NCBI RefSeq assembly: GCF_006345805.1
Contig: NC_043014.1
Location: 23,374,001-23,438,000 of the forward strand
Direction of reading: 5' to 3'
Source: Octopus sinensis
Taxonomy: Eukaryota
Length of the DNA: 64,000 nucleotides
Shown here piece after piece: positions 1-14,427 of this stretch (the first letter of the stretch is position 1; the number at the start of each line of letters is the position of its first letter). Under the pieces are notes generated by a model, which was not told where the DNA came from, did no database searches, and worked only from the letters and a program-made list of their open reading frames with translations. Made by a program: the position numbers and the translations under genes.

Positions 1-1189
1 CAAACTATTAATACGGTTAGTGGCTGAATAAGGAATGTCCTTATATTTTAACAAATGAATATGCATCTGAGTAAAATAAATGAGTTGACTGGTAATGCCA
101 GGAAAGCAGAGGTTATCCCCAGTTCCCATTTACCATTACACTGTTCCATGTCCTATTCCATTTCCAGTGCAGTTCCCATCTTTATGCCCAACCTGTTGTT
201 TATGGTAATAATTTATTGCTAAAAATAGGTATTACAAACTACTAATTCAATTAGTAGGTGAATAAGGAATGTCCCTATATATTTTAACAAACGAATATGC
301 ATCTGAGTAAAATAAATTAGATAAATAGATAGATTTACAAATACATTAATAAATAGTCTGCATATTGTAGCTGGCATTGTCGTGTGTCTTAGCTTATCAT
401 AGCTGATTTGTAAACATGTGCTACAGACCCACTCCCTAGGGCACCTATTATAGATTTTTATTGAAATCCAATTTGCCTATAATTCAACTGGATGTTAGGG
501 ACAAATAAATAACAAAATCAGATTTAATGTGGAAAATTATTTCAATACCAAATTTGAAAATTTTGACAATTTTAAAATCTAGAGAGACAGACAGTTATAC
601 GATGTCTCACACACACACACAAATTTACAAACATACACACAGGTAATCATGAGTTTAAAATGGTGTATAGTAGACATATGTATGTACATATATGTATGTG
701 TGGTTGTGTTTCTTTGCGATGGACAGCAGAAAAGCCACCTATATAAGTGATATAAGTCACTCTCCTTAAAGCTACATATTCCTCACACCCACCTTTCTGT
801 GTGTGTGTGTGTGTTGTATCTGTGTATTTACAAAAATATGTATGCAGCATCGCATGTGTATGACAGCTTTATTAACATTACCATCTTATTCTCACTGTTG
901 CTATCACCTTCACTGATATAAGTCACTCTCTCTCTCTCTGTTACTAACTTTCCCTCTGTTACTACCTGGGACTTATACTTTTTGCAACTTCCTCATTTTA
1001 TCATGTAATTCGCCCAACACCCCTGGAAGGCACATTATAGATTTTTATTGAAATACAATTAGCCTATTATTGAACTGGATGTTAGTATCACATGTATTCA
1101 AAGTTTCATGAATATTGGTTGGGTGGTTTAGGCAGTAAGTTGGTAACAGATAGACAGACAGAAATTGCCATTTATAAATATATAGACTA
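1..1189 (+). mobile_element. Possible non-autonomous Helitron-like repeat(s) with internal direct repeats
   Basis: 1-81 recurs at 235-318 and ~440-498 recurs at ~1029-1085. The region ends ...acagatagacagacagaaattgccatttataaatatatagaCTAG, an ending typical of Lep1-like Helitron derivatives. Confidence 0.35.
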
Positions 1190-1773
1190 GGGGAGAAAGA
1201 GTTGAGATTAAGAAATAAAGGATTAGTTATACAGGAACAAAATTTAGCTGGAATTTTAAGATGTAGAGGACATTTTATAAAGAATCATCTGTAATAAAGC
1301 TGGAGTAACACAAAAAAATAGGAACATTATTTTTAACTGTTACAAATTATGTAAGTTGGCTAAATAGAATTTTCAAGAAAGTTTTATTGAATTGATGGGA
1401 ACAACAGATTAATAATTCATTGTTTATTAGACCTATCCTGCACCAGAGAATTTCAAGTACTTCCTTGAAATATGAATTACAGCTGCCTGCATAACCTTTG
1501 TATGGAAATACAGAACATGTAATTAACCAATGAAATGAGTAATCAATGTTCCTCCCTTTGAGATCCTAAATAAATTTAGCAAGTGAAGTACTCAGAGCTT
1601 TCCTTTTATTTTTAAAGAAATGTATTTGTTTATGTAATCTGAATTTGAATTATTTATACCAGATAGAGATATATTTTTTCCAGAGGAAAAAATTAAAGGT
1701 ACACTCCCTATTACTAATACCATTTAATTTTCTATTATTTATAGCTTCAATATTATCATGTAATTTATATATA

Positions 1774-2640
1774 GTATTGAGTCATCTCATAAATAATGCA
1801 GTTTTTTCAATTGCATGAACTAAAAGTTGGAGGGCAACACGATAAACTACCTGCATCAACTTGCTATAAAAGCAGGTAGTAGTGCAGGTATAGTGCAGGT
1901 CAATTTTAACAGTTATATTGTCAAAGCTATAATGGAAGTAACAAAGTAGCATATTCGGATTATTTTGCTTTATGAGTTCAATAAAGGCAACAATGCAATG
2001 GAAAGTGCAAGAAATATTAATGCTGTATATAGGGATCAAACAATAAGTGTAAGCCAGTGTCAACAGTGGTTCCAGAAATTTCGAGCCAGAAACTACAGCC
2101 TAGAAGATAAGCTTTGTCCTGGAAGATCTGTTGAGCTTGACGAGAATGTCCTGCAAACCCTGGTGGAACAAAATCCCATCACAACTGTTGAGGAGCTAGC
2201 AGAGAAGCTTGGATTTGGTCATTTAAGTCAGTACTAGAAGCAAAACAACCATCTTTGGTTTTGAGACAAAAGGTGTTCCTCCATCAGGATAATGCTTGGC
2301 CACATACAGCAAGGATGACATTCCAAAGGCAGGAGCAGTTTGAATGGAAAACGATGCCCCACACCATATTCACCAGACATTGCCCCTTCTGATTACCATT
2401 TATTCTGCAGTCTTCAAAATCATTTGGACAGAAGAAATATGAATTCTGTAGACAAGATCAGAACAATACTGGAGGAGTATTTTTCGTCACAGACAAGTGA
2501 ATTTTGGAAGAGGGGCCTTGCAAGTCTACCAGATAGATGGAAGAGCAGTGTAGAAAATGAAGGAGAGTATATTTTAGATTAAAATAGAACTTTGTTTATC
2601 TTAAATTTGAAAAATAAAAGAAGTATAAAAAAACTTCACA
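1774..2640 (+). mobile_element. Mariner (DD34D) transposon relic, internally deleted
   Basis: HTH region LYEFNKGNNA...QWFQKFRARNYSLEDK..GR, then HQDNAWPH and PYSPDIAPSDYHLFCSLQNHL; frameshifted. Confidence 0.9.
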
Positions 2641-3738
2641 GTATTCCTATTAAAGATTTTCCAATACTTTTTCAAAGTTTGAAAGACAGTTCTAGTGATA
2701 CCTGAAGTAATATTTCTCTTGGGTAACCTATTTCTACCAGGTTTATTATTATATAGAGTCATGGGACTAATTCTAGATTTACTTTTTCCTCTACTTACAT
2801 AAAAAGGGTGATGAATACCATTAGAGTCGAGTATGTTGAGTCTTGTTTCCTAAGTTATCCAGATTTGGATTCTAGGTTCTTATTGAAGTTTCAGAGCCTT
2901 TTAGATAGTCCACATCCTTAACCATAAAATTATTTCTATTCACATCTGTGGAAACGATCATATCCCTATTTAGTTGTTAGCTATTTTTGCAGGAATTTAG
3001 TACAGGTTTCATCATGCAGTTAATAGTATTCTTTCTCATGTGTGACTGTTACAATACTGTCATCAGGTATATCCCAAATCTTTTTGATGTATCTGGACTT
3101 GCTAAAGCTGTATTATAATAGTTCATATCTTGAGAGAAAATATCTTGTCACACAGTGGGAACCTGCAACCTCATTGTTATGAAGTAAACTTCTTAACAGC
3201 ACTGCTATGTCCACACTCTGTACATAATTAAACACTTACAAATACTTATATCTTAGGTACCTCTTCATAGCAGCCATGTGTGCTTCTGAATTTACTCAAT
3301 GAAACAAATGCAACTGACTTGAACTCATAATCTAACAAACTTGTCTCCAGCAAATGAAAGAGCGTCTATGTGATTATCCATCTTGCTAAAAATAGAAACC
3401 AGATCTCCCTCAGATCACATCTTACTGATTTAAAAAAGGAAAGGATACTTTGAATATTGCAATCAGAAAAAATGGTCAGATGATCATGTATTCAGAAAAA
3501 GTGGTCGGATGCTCATTGTTAGAAATTCTTTGATGTGGTGGGGTAACAACCTAGGGTTAAACAACAATAACCTATCAACCAGTAGTTATAACTACTCAGC
3601 CAGTTCATTTCTTCAAGTGAACATGAGTACCTGCATGCAATATTAACTCATCACTCTTCAGTTAAATGTTCAATTCTTTTGACACAAAACTGTCAATTCT
3701 TTTTACTATTAACACCTGTCTTTTCTATTTCATTTCAG

Positions 3739-3894
3739 TGTTTGATGGTTTTGCATCTGAAGAAGAGGAGGAAAATATCACAGTTCATGTTATTGAAGGT
3801 GGAACAGTGTCTTTACCATGCAGCTCTGTTTACAGTCGACCTAAAGCACATCTAGCATTTGAAAAAATAAATGATACAGGCAATAGTAACTCAA
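3739..3894 (+). CDS. Internal exon A of an Ihog/BOC/CDON-like Ig-superfamily receptor (first half of an Ig domain)
   Basis: Acceptor ttttctatttcatttcag at 3738, donor gtaagt at 3895. Encodes FDGFASEEEEENITVHVIEGGTVSLPCSSVYSRPKAHLAFEKINDTGNSNS (Ig B-strand Cys). Phase 1 at both ends; splices in frame to 47691. Confidence 0.85.
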
Positions 3895-3934
3895 GTAAGT
3901 ATATTCATGTGAAAATTTATAATAATAAATAATG

Positions 3935-4124
3935 GTTTCTAATTTTGAAACAAGGACATCAAGTTCAGGGAAGTGGGTAAGTCAATAATATCCAAACCCA
4001 GTGCTTAACTGGTACTTTATCAACTCTGAAAGGATGAAAAGCAAAGTCAATCTCAGCGGAATTTGAACTCAGAATGTAAAGATGGACGAAATGCTGCTCA
4101 GTATTCTGTTAGCTTACTGCCTTT
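3935..4124 (-). mobile_element. tRNA-derived SINE, family B (other copies about 9448-9664, 10290-10500 and 10528-10722 on -, and 42333-42540 on +)
   Basis: Shared core gaaaggatgaaa.gcaaagtc.ac...gaatttgaactcagaa. The reverse strand has the B-box gagttcaaat. Confidence 0.75.
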
Positions 4125-4329
4125 AAAACAATAAATAATAATTATTATCTCTTTATTGGTCACAACGTTTAAATATATAATACAAAGCATGATATAATGA
4201 ATTTACTATTTTTAACCTGTTTTAATATGTTGTGCTATGCTTTTGTCCCACCCCTGTTTACTATCATATATCAATCATTGCCATCACAGTCAAACATTCC
4301 TGACAAAGTCTCTAAAATTCACAATTTTT

Positions 4330-4998
4330 CATTGCTCCTGGCAACTGCTTCTTAATGAAGTTTATATTGTCTGAAAATTGATCAATGAATGTTTGAGCAG
4401 GTCTCCCTCTACTGAGTCTCTGATGAGTTGTTTCCTACAATAGTAGCTTGTGTATAACTTCCTGCTTACTTCCCCAGCAATGTCCTGCAAATCGTAACTG
4501 TCTTAGGGCATTTGTAGTTGTTATTTTGGGTAATTTTCCATATAAAATTTCATTTGTAATATGTTGATGCCAGTTTATCTTTTGTACAATCCTATTTTAC
4601 TGTATAGCACCATCTAGTTTCTTCTTGAGTACCTGTGTCAGGGTCTATGTACCTGAAGCATACAATAACATTGACTCAACAGATGTTCTGAAAAATGATA
4701 TTTGGATTTTCCTGAGTAGATCTGACTTCCACATCTTTCCCATTTTGTTCATTGCAGCCCAGGATTTGGTAATTCTAATGTCAATATCCTTTCTGATGAA
4801 CTTATCCTGCTGCCCAAATATAGGAAATCAACTTCATTTAGTATTCCATCATCTAGTGTGACAAGATTTCCATCTTTGTTTAGTGACTTGTACTCTGTCT
4901 TTGTAACATTTATGTGTTGACCAATTTTCCTAGCAGAGAATTTGATTTTATGAACAAGTTCTGGAAGTTTATCAATGGTATTTGGTAAAAGAGCTATC
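4330..4998 (-). mobile_element. Old RTE-clade LINE RT C-terminal fragment (different family from the main RTE)
   Basis: INVTKTEY...EVDFLYLGSRIS...FFRTSVESMLLYASGT*TLT, with frameshifts. Confidence 0.6.
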
Positions 4999-4999
4999 G

Positions 5000-5995
5000 T
5001 CATCATCGTTTAACATCCGCTTTCCATGCTGGCATGGGTTGGACAATTTGACTGAGGACTGGTGAACCAGATGGCTGCACCAGGCTCCAATCTGATCTGG
5101 CAGAGTTTCTACAGCTGGATGCCCTTCCTAACGCCAACCACTCCGAGAGTGTAGTGGGTGCTTTTACGTGCCACCAGCATGAGGGCCAGTCAGGTGGTAC
5201 TGGCAATGGCCACGCTCAAATGGTGATTTTTATGTGCCACCTGCACAGGAACCAGTCCTGCGGCACTGGCAACAACCTCGCTCGAATATTTTTTCACGTG
5301 CCACCAGCACAAGTGCCAGTAAGGTGATGCTGGTAATAATCACACTCAAATGGTGCTTTTTACGTGCCACCGGCATGGAAGGTAGTCAGCTTCTCAGGCA
5401 ACGATCACACTCGGTTGGTGCTTTAAGAGCTCCAGTAGCACGGATGCCAGTCATCAAATTTGATTTCAATTTCACTTGCCTCAAGCAGAGTTTAGTGTCC
5501 AATGAAGGAAAGGTATGTATAAGTGGGCTGGTAACACCCCAGGCATAGGCCATGGGTTATGGTCTCACTTGGCTTGCCGGGTCTTCTCACACACTGCATA
5601 TTTCCAAAGGTCTCGGTCACTTGTCATTGCCTCGGTGAGGCCTAAAGTTCGAAGGTCATGCTTCACCACCTCATCCCAGGTCTTCTTGGGTCTACCTCTT
5701 CCGCAGGTTCTCTCAACCACTAGGGTGTGGCACTTTTTCACACAGCTATCCTCATCCATTCTTACCACATGACCATACCAGTGCAGTCATCTCTCTTGCA
5801 CACCACATCTGATACTTCTTAGGTCCAACTTTTCTCTCAAGGTACTCACACTCTGTCGAGTATGCACACTGACATTACGCATCCAGCAGAGCATACTGAT
5901 TTCATTCCTTACAAGCTTATGCATAGCCTAAGCAGTCATGGCCCATGTTTCACTGCGATATAGCATGGCTGTTCGTACACATGCGTCATACATAC
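5000..5995 (-). mobile_element. RTE LINE 3' end with repeat-rich 3' UTR and (GAT)n tail
   Basis: GRGRPKKTWDEVVKHDL C-terminus; homologous to 59140-59498. Confidence 0.9.
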
Positions 5996-6329
5996 GTCAG
6001 TTCCCAAAAGAATATTTTTCTCCTTCGTATTCTGACCACCCTCACTCTAGCACCCCCTTTCTCTCCCTGCTTCACTCTGTCTCTGTCTTTCGATTACTGC
6101 TTGCTTCGCCAAGACTTCCTCTGCCCCCACCCTATATAAACTAGCGCACATGGTTGTCTCCCATGAACACTTCTAAAGGCTTTATGCCATCCTCACCCCT
6201 ACTTAGAGTTTATCTCCTATATAAGGTAGTGATCATATAGTGCATAAATATGATGGTATTGTGTATGCAGGTTGAACTGAAGGCTGTTGTTTGTTTATGA
6301 ATTTTGCCAAATGTGAGCTTTCTTTTCAC

Positions 6330-7340
6330 ATACATGACGCTTCTGTCCCCTGTCCCAGGGTCTCACGGGCCCACATGTCCTACACCTCGGTTGGCATACT
6401 GAAAGGTAGGTCTGGTGAGATGTTGAGATGCTTGAACGGAGATGTGTTGATTTGTGTTGCCTCCAAGAAGTGAGGTGGAGAGGCGCTAGGTTCCTCACAG
6501 ACAAAGAACACAGGTACAAGATTTTCTGGGCAGGGAACACTGATGGGGTCTGGGGCATGGGTATACTTCTTGCGAAGAAATGGATTGATAAGATAATTGA
6601 GGTAGTCAGAATACTTAAGATTAGATAAGTGCTTCATCATGGGTTAGCAGCCATTATCTTGGCCTATACCCGCTGAGCCGGGACTACCTGATGGACAGAA
6701 AGACCAATTTTATGATACCCTCTTGCAGACAACCTCACTGATGAATGACAGGGACCTTCTCTTTGTGGCTGGTGACTTCAATGGACATGTTGGATAACAT
6801 ACAGGGGGCTTCCATGGCGTACATGGAGGCTACGGTTATGGTTCCCACAATGAAGAGGGAACCAGGCTGCTGGAGTTCTGCAATGCAAATGATCTTATGG
6901 TTTGCAATACTAACTTCAGGAAACCTGCCAGTCACTTAGTCACCTACTGTTTTGGCAGACACACTAGCCAAATTGAGAACATCCTCACCAGAAAAAGGGA
7001 AAGATGGCTACTTATAAATGCCAAAACCTTCCCAGGTGAAGAATGTACCCCACAACATAGACTGGTTGTTAGCGACCTCAGAATCAGGGCTAAATTGATG
7101 CCTAGAAGATGATCAGCATGGAGGAGAAGGGTCTGGAAGCTTAAAGATCCTGCAAATGGACAGAGATTTAGAGACATATTACTTGAAGCATTTGACGAAA
7201 TAGAAGGGGATATAGCTTCACACTATGTGGAAGACAACTGAAAATTTTCACGAGACAACCTGCTGAGAGCCACTGACCAGATCTGTGGATGGTGCAAAGT
7301 CCCCTCTCGACCCAAAATAATGTGATGATGGAACAATGTG
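6330..7340 (+). mobile_element. RTE LINE AP-endonuclease fragment
   Basis: CCLQEVRWRG, AGDFNGHVG and NTNFRKP motifs; collinear with 56591-57545; several stops. Confidence 0.9.
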
Positions 7341-9004
7341 GCTCTGAGGATGAGATTTTCTAATACTAGCACAAGGGCACAAATCTTGAGGTAGGAGCAC
7401 AAAGGTGTGTTCTGTGTTTTCAGTGTATGTAGGACTACACTTTCCACTATGTCCTTCCTTTGTTTAGCACAGAAGACTGTGAATTCAGGGAGATTTGGCT
7501 GCTGTTTTTCTTGTTATTTGTGTAAGCCTTCTTGTTAGTGCATTCATGGTAAACAGCAACCAGATTTGGAGGAAATGTTAAAACTGTGGTAAACTGGCAT
7601 TCTATCCAGAAAAGAATGGGAGTTATTCTTTCATCTTTCATCAGTTTAACTTCGTGAAGCTGGACCTGCACATAGGTCAGGAACTAGCTCACAGCTATTG
7701 GAGAGGTGCTTTAAAAATAAAGTTTCATGGACACCTGGAGAAAGATACAAAATCAACAAGAGGCAACCATTCCCGCATGGGTATTTCTTAAGATAGCCAA
7801 CTCTATGCAAAAAAAAATGTAAGGAAAAGTCACAGGAAGCTCAATCCGGAAACGGATGTACTTTTTAATGAACACCAAATCCTTACAGCAAGGCGACAAA
7901 AATACAGTTGTATTGAGTTTCCTATTCACCTCCTCTTTCCACCACCAGTACCACCCTTAATCACATTAGTTGCGATACTTTCATGGCGCCATAGATTGGT
8001 AAAAAGGAAAAAATGGGGAGAAGGGATAAGATGGCATATATATAAAAAATAAATAAATAAAATGTGATGCTTGAATTATATTTCTTGCCTTTTTTGCTGC
8101 AAGGTTAGGGAGAGGAGAAGAGAGAGGGTGATAGGTGTAAGGATAGTGAACAGCTTTTTGAAATGATAATGGTTGAATAGTGGTAATAGAGCCAGGGGGA
8201 AATAAGAGTTTGGGTAAGCAGATAGGTGGAATGGGATATGGTTAATGGTAGTGATGGAGGAACGGGGTTGGTGAAGAATTTGGTGATGGGGCCCCCAGTG
8301 GTGGTGGTGGTGGTGCAGGGTTTCAGAGTGAAACATCTGGGATCATCTTCCCACAACACCACATCATCATCACTACCACTGTCACTGTTTTGTTGCTTCA
8401 GTGATACCAATGTGCTTTTTCAACTACTAATTTGTTATTTATATTTGCCATAATTAGTGAGGGAGGAGTGGAGGGTGTGTCTCCAGGGGGGAGAGGGGTG
8501 GAAGTGGATGATTAGTCTCCTGCAGAACAAAAAAAAGGAAAAAGAAGGAAACTATGTCTGGAAGTGGATGGAAGTAAAATGAAGGTAAAAGTAAATATAA
8601 TGTGGGGTGATATTGAGGTGGAGGGTAAACAGCTGCCAATGATGACAGTATTCTGGCTGGTGGTGTTGGTTAGGATTGGGTGAATGTTGAGGGAGAAGGA
8701 ATAGAAAAAAGAAGATAGAGAGTGAGGGGGAAATTTAATTCAGCAAAGCAATGCTTATTGAAGCATGGAGGGAGAGGAGATATTCCGAAGGGTGTGGTGT
8801 CAAAAAATAGGGGGAGAAAAAAAGAAGAAAGCGGTAAACTTCAGTGCATAAGTAGCCAAGATGTGTTGTAATGTATGGAAGGAATTTACAGAATCCCTTC
8901 ACTGGTATCTAGAAGTTTTGGAGGGTTTTTTTTTTTGTTTGCTTTTTCCTCAACAGTACACTGCATTACACATGTGCAGGGCATATTGCTTGGTATATAG
9001 CTTT

Positions 9005-9375
9005 AATCCTGTTTCAGTCATTTGACTCTACCTTGAAGAGTTTCAGTCAAACAGATCAATCCTGGACTTATATTTTTGCTAAGCCTGGTACTTATTCTAT
9101 CAATCTCTTTTGCTTAACTGCTAATTTACAGTGACACAAACACGCCAACACCAGTTGTCAAGCTGTGATGGGGGGCAAAGACAGCTACAAAGACAAATGC
9201 ACGCACACACATATACAATGGGCTTCTTTCAGTTTTCATCTAATAAATCCATTCACAAGGCTTTGGTCAACCTGGGGCTATAGTAGAAAATACTCACCCA
9301 AGGTGCGACATAGTGAGACTGAACCCAGAGCCATGTGGTTGAGAAGCAAGCTTCTTACCACACTGCCACATCTGT
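9005..9375 (-). mobile_element. tRNA-derived SINE, family A (other copies about 20300-20650 on -; 23970-24315, 40146-40560 and 41621-41997 on +; partial 32480-32615)
   Basis: Head gtggtaagaagcttgct...ggttcagtc, body caccttggg.agtgtcttc.actatagcc, central microsatellite, tail gactgaaacaagtaaaag. Confidence 0.8.
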
Positions 9376-10759
9376 ACCTATTTAAGAGTTTCTTTCTTTG
9401 AGGGGAATAGATAAATAGAACTTGTGGGTATAGCACAACTGAAATATTAGTTTCACATTTTGGCACAAATCCAGCAATTTCAGGGGAGAGAATAAATTGA
9501 TTGCACTAACCCCCGTATTTGACTGATACTTATTTTATCAATCCCACTGAAAGGATGGAAGGCAAAGTCAACTTCTGCAGAATTTGAACTCCAAACGTAA
9601 AGATGGGTGAAATGCTATTAAGGATTTTACCCAGCATGCCAATGATTCTGCCAGTCTCTGCCTTAGCACAACTGAAATATTAAAAAAAAAAACAGAATAT
9701 AACACATACAAGACAGAGTAACAGTGAAAAAAAACTTTTAGAGAATAAAACGGAATTCATAAACTGCAATAATAATTAAAGTTTCAAAATTTAGAGACTT
9801 GCAAGTAAATGTGCTTCTATGTGTAACTTAGGTTAATATCAGTGCAGTTTTCAATTTGAAATAAAAATAGAGAATTGGCAAAGCCATTTCAGTGCCCTCC
9901 CATAACCTTAATAGTTGTTTAAGAAATTATAAACAGACTGTTTAAACTGGAAGCTGAGAACTCAATAAAGATGTTTGTGTGAATGCATACATATGTTTTT
10001 ATCTATGTATTTGTATTTCTATGTGTTTGTGTTCGTGTGTATTCAGAAGGAGTAAAAACCTGATGCATATAAATTATATATCTGATATAGAAGATGGAAA
10101 GATGATGATAATAATGATGGTTACTTCATTATTTGCTATCAGACTTTTCAAATAAGTACAGGGCTATGAATTTTGGAAGATGGGAACTGTTGATCAAATT
10201 CTACTCAATTTGTAAATGCTACTTAATTGATCTTGCAAAGATGAAAGGCTAAGTTAAAACTAGGAGTTAAATATTAATGATAATGTTTTCTCGTATAAAA
10301 ACAAGGTGACACATTTCAAGGACAGTGGAAGTAGTAGATTAAAGTGGCCCTAGCACTTGGATGGTACTTCATATTATCAATTCAAAAAGGATGAACGGCA
10401 AAGTTGACCTCAGCGGTTTTTGAACTTAAAATGAAGAGCCAAAACAAATGTCACAAGACATTTTTTTCCAATGCCTTTACAATACTGCCAGCTTAATCAC
10501 CTTGATAATAATGATAATTAAAACAATGATTTCAAATTTTGGGCACAAGGCCAACAAATTCAGGGGAAGGGGTGGAGTTAAGTCGATTACATCAACCCCA
10601 ATGCTGAAAGGATGAAAAGCAAAGTCAACCTTAGTGGAATTTGAACTCAGAACATAATGACAGACAAAATGCTGCTTAACATTTTGCTTGGCTTGCTAAC
10701 AATTCTGCCAGCTCACCACCTTGATGATAATAACAAAAACAACAATAATAATTTTTAAA

Positions 10760-11545
10760 ATGCAGTGCTATTAAACGTATTGCTATTAAACTGAAGAGAG
10801 GGGAAAAAATAGACTGCAGTGGAGTACAACTTCCAGATGATGATCACATAAGAGAAGTGAACAAAGAGGATTATGAGTATCTTGATGTTTTAAATTAGGC
10901 CAGGTGATGAACATTTCTTCTGAATATTCCAGAAGAGTTAAAAGCTATGCAGATCCAAGCTGAATGGAAGAAACCTCATTAGAGGCATCACTGCTTTGGC
11001 TGTAGGTATAGTGTGTTATTGTGCAGGAGCTGTGGAATGGAAGAACTGGTTAACATGGAAAGAATAACTAGCAAGATAACGGTTACACATGGGTGCCTTC
11101 ATACCAGAAGTAATGTAACAAGGCTTTATTTACCAAGTGGAAGAGGATTTGTTGGAATAGAGGTGAGTTTTATAGAGATCAAATCTTTGTATGCCTATCT
11201 GAGGAATAGTGATGAAAGAATGAAGGCTGCACTGAGTGAGGTGATCAGTGAATGGTGAGACCCTCAATATGAGAACTAATGGAGAAAAGATCATCAACTG
11301 GAAAGAGAAAGTCCTACATGGAGAGTTATTCCAACAAACAATGGCTGAAGCCGATGGAGAATCCTAGAGATGGTTACAACCTAGTTATTCTTTTAAAGAA
11401 GATGAAAGGACTGATTCTTGCTGCTCGAGAACAAGCTTTATGAACCAACTCAATCAAGTGTAGTATTGCTAAGATAACAGCGTCACCTATGTGTAGATTA
11501 TGTGAAAAATCATCAGAGACAGTTAGACATATATTTAGTGGTCAA
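10760..11545 (+). mobile_element. R4/Dong-like (RLE) non-LTR retrotransposon fragment
   Basis: KLNGRNLI, LHTRSNVTRLYLPSGRGF, WKEKVLHG, GLILAAREQAL and the CCHC knuckle MCRLCEKSSETVRHIFSG. Confidence 0.75.
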
Positions 11546-12556
11546 TATTTTAAATAAAATGATAGTTAAAGGGGTCTATAGGTAAAAAATAGTTGAGAAC
11601 CACTGCTCTACATGATTACTCAGCCTGCTAGAAATAACAGCTAAATGCCCCCTCAAGTCATTCTCCACTATCTTAGAAAAGGAGACATTGGATAATGTGA
11701 TCTTGGGCACCTTAAATAATAGAAATGAACAGGATGGTCACTATCAGAATTCCTTTAGTCATTGGTCTACTCAATCGCAGGTGATCTTTGAATAAACAAT
11801 GACAACATCGGCACCTTTACTGGCTATGCCAAGCATTACCTTCTCCATCACCACAATGAACTGCCATCATCATCATATGGCTTCATGATTGCTCTGAAAT
11901 ATTTGTGAATTCAGATGTTAGTTTTTCTGAAAGATGATATCATTAACCGGGATTTTCAAATATAGATTCAGACAAATACTATCTTTATACTCCTGCATTG
12001 CAGCTGCTTATCTTCAGCCAATATCTCTGATTTACATACACTACACATCACACATCCTTGTAAACTTTTTGTTGTTTATATTGGAATGGTGCCTGTTATT
12101 GCTAATGATGGTGGGAATGGTAGCAGTGATGATGATAGTGGTGACATTAGTTGTGGAAATAGTGGTGTTAACAGCAGTGGTGATGATAATAGTGATAAAG
12201 GTGGAGATGGTGGCGGCGGCGGCAGCTACAGCACTAATAGTAATCGAGTGAAAATATTGTTTAGCCCCAGGTCAACCCTAATGACCTTCCAACCTTATTG
12301 GCTTGTTGAAAAGGGTGGTAGCGGAGTTAATGGTAATGATTTGGGGTAATAGGAGTGAAAATGTTGTTAAGCCCCAGGTCAACCCTGATGAGTAGTTTTG
12401 TAGCCATTCTATGACCTTCTAGCCTTATTGGAATGTTTGAAAAGGGTGGTAGTGATGGTATTCTCAGTGGCAAAAGTGGTAGTAATGGGTAGACTGGAGT
12501 AGAAATGATTGCATTTTTGTGTTGTCATTTACATATTGTCCAGATGGCATCTACAT

Positions 12557-12605
<49 letters not shown>

Positions 12606-13122
12606 TTCTCTCTTTTTCTCTCTACCCCTGCTACTTCATATTTTCCTTTCCCTTCCACACTGCTCCTGTATTCAGTTAATATCACATTCTTCCATCACCA
12701 GCAGCAATACCACCACCACCATCAACATATAATATCTGGCTCTCATTCCTAACTGTCAGCCATTTCATTTCTCTCTACTTTCACAGCAGTTTGCTAAAAC
12801 ATGTAAAGCATTGCTTCACTTTTGACAATGATTATTTCAATTATTCAATCTACATATACCTACCTAGTCACTGAATTATAGTGGTTGAATATTCCAGAGA
12901 TATTTGTACCCTTAACACAATTTGGTTGAATCAGCATGACACAGTTGGATCCTCTGAGTTATAGTGACTTCATCTTACAACTTTCCTCACAGTGCTGTCT
13001 ACCTTACTTTGCTGACCAGTTTGCTTGATTCCTTAATAAAAGACACTTGACTAAAGTGCTATGCAGTGGGACTTCTTGATTATGAAGCAAACTGCTTAAT
13101 TATCCATACCTGAACCCAAACA

Positions 13123-13555
13123 TCATTATCATTTAACATCCATTTTCCATGCAGGCATGGGTCGAACCTATGCAGGAGGGTCTGACAGGAGCTGGCCCAG
13201 GCTCCATTTGTCTGTTTGGGGATTGTTTCTATGACTGGATGTCCTTCCTAACACCAACCACTTCACAAAGTGTGCTGGGTGCTTTTTATGTGGCACCAGC
13301 ACGGGTGCTTTTATGTGATGCTAGCATGAGTGCTTGTTACATTGTGCCAGCACAAGTGATTTTATGTGGTACTGGCAAGAGCTTTCTATGTGGCACCAGC
13401 GTGAGCACTTTTACATGGCACTGGCATCGGTGTTTGTTATGTGATGCCAGCATGAGTGCTTTTTGCGTGGCACCAGCATGGGTCATAAAGGACATGCCTG
13501 TATGCATGGACAGCCACAGTTTTACTTAGCTTGACATGTCTTCTCAAGTATAGGA
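13123..13555 (-). mobile_element. RTE-derived 3' UTR tail with a degenerate tandem array
   Basis: (CAT)n end, ctggatg.ccttcctaa core, and ~22-bp repeats of gtgctttttatgtggcaccagca. Confidence 0.7.
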
Positions 13556-14269
13556 AATCACCATGTAAATATTGACATGCATGCACATATATGAGTATCT
13601 ATTTATATTGTATTTAACTTGGAATTATTGGACTTGCAGTAAAATCAGTACTTGAAGCACATTCATGCACTCTCCACTGTCACTTATTCCATTTAATTAT
13701 TCCAATATCTATCACTAGTAATCCTAATTAATACATTCCACCCACTGGCACTTCCACTGTTAGTCTTTAAGTCTCATTAATTATAAAACACTACATCATC
13801 TCAGTAAACAAGTTTTTGACAAATAACAAGCAGGCAAATTATATACTCTCTATCCCTTATAGTCAGGTATTTAGGTATTTTGATATTTCACAGCATAATT
13901 ATGGGCTGCCCCTTGACAAGGCATAGCACCCATTCAATCATACTGCCAGAGATACAGCAAAGTCATGGGACTACAGTATGATGAATTGTGAAGAGGTAGC
14001 TGAGGAGCTCAACTGAGCCAAAGGTACTTCTTACATTGATGCTGAGCAAAGGAATCCTAAAAGATCAATGGCCAAGATTACCAAGCTCTATCAAGAGAAT
14101 TTAAAAAATCCCTTTTAGAAGAGACATACGACTGGCTTTAGAAAAAGTATGTTACTTGTAAATTTATAGACTAACAAACCCAATTTTGACTAATAGCTAA
14201 TGTTTGCCTCATTGGCTCCCAAGATCATTGTCATCGTGATAACAGTTCTTTCCTCACTAGTGTCTGTAA

Positions 14270-14427
14270 CACTAGCGTAGCTAGAGTGTGTCCTTCCTAA
14301 GGCGGCCTTTCAGTTTGCCGCCCCAGGCCCCCCCACAAAAAATACATATTGCCTACAGCAGACCCAAAAGTTGTGGCATCCCCGTAAAAGTACCACCCCT
14401 TCTGTCCCCCTATAGCTATTGCTAGTG
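14270..14427. mobile_element. hAT-type MITE
   Basis: TIRs cactagcgtagcta / tagctattgctagtg; 8-bp TSD gtctgtaa / gtttgtaa (one mismatch). Confidence 0.7.

Noticed and set aside
5000-7340. Divergent RTE 3' (minus) and 5' (plus) pieces as one twin-primed insertion
   Set aside because: No TSD is visible and ~1.6 kb of element is missing between the parts, so two independent insertions are equally likely.
11934-12349. Hydrophobic and Gly/Asp/Ser-rich ORFs
   Set aside because: They derive from degenerate GGT/GAT/AGT trinucleotide repeats and have no splice or domain support.
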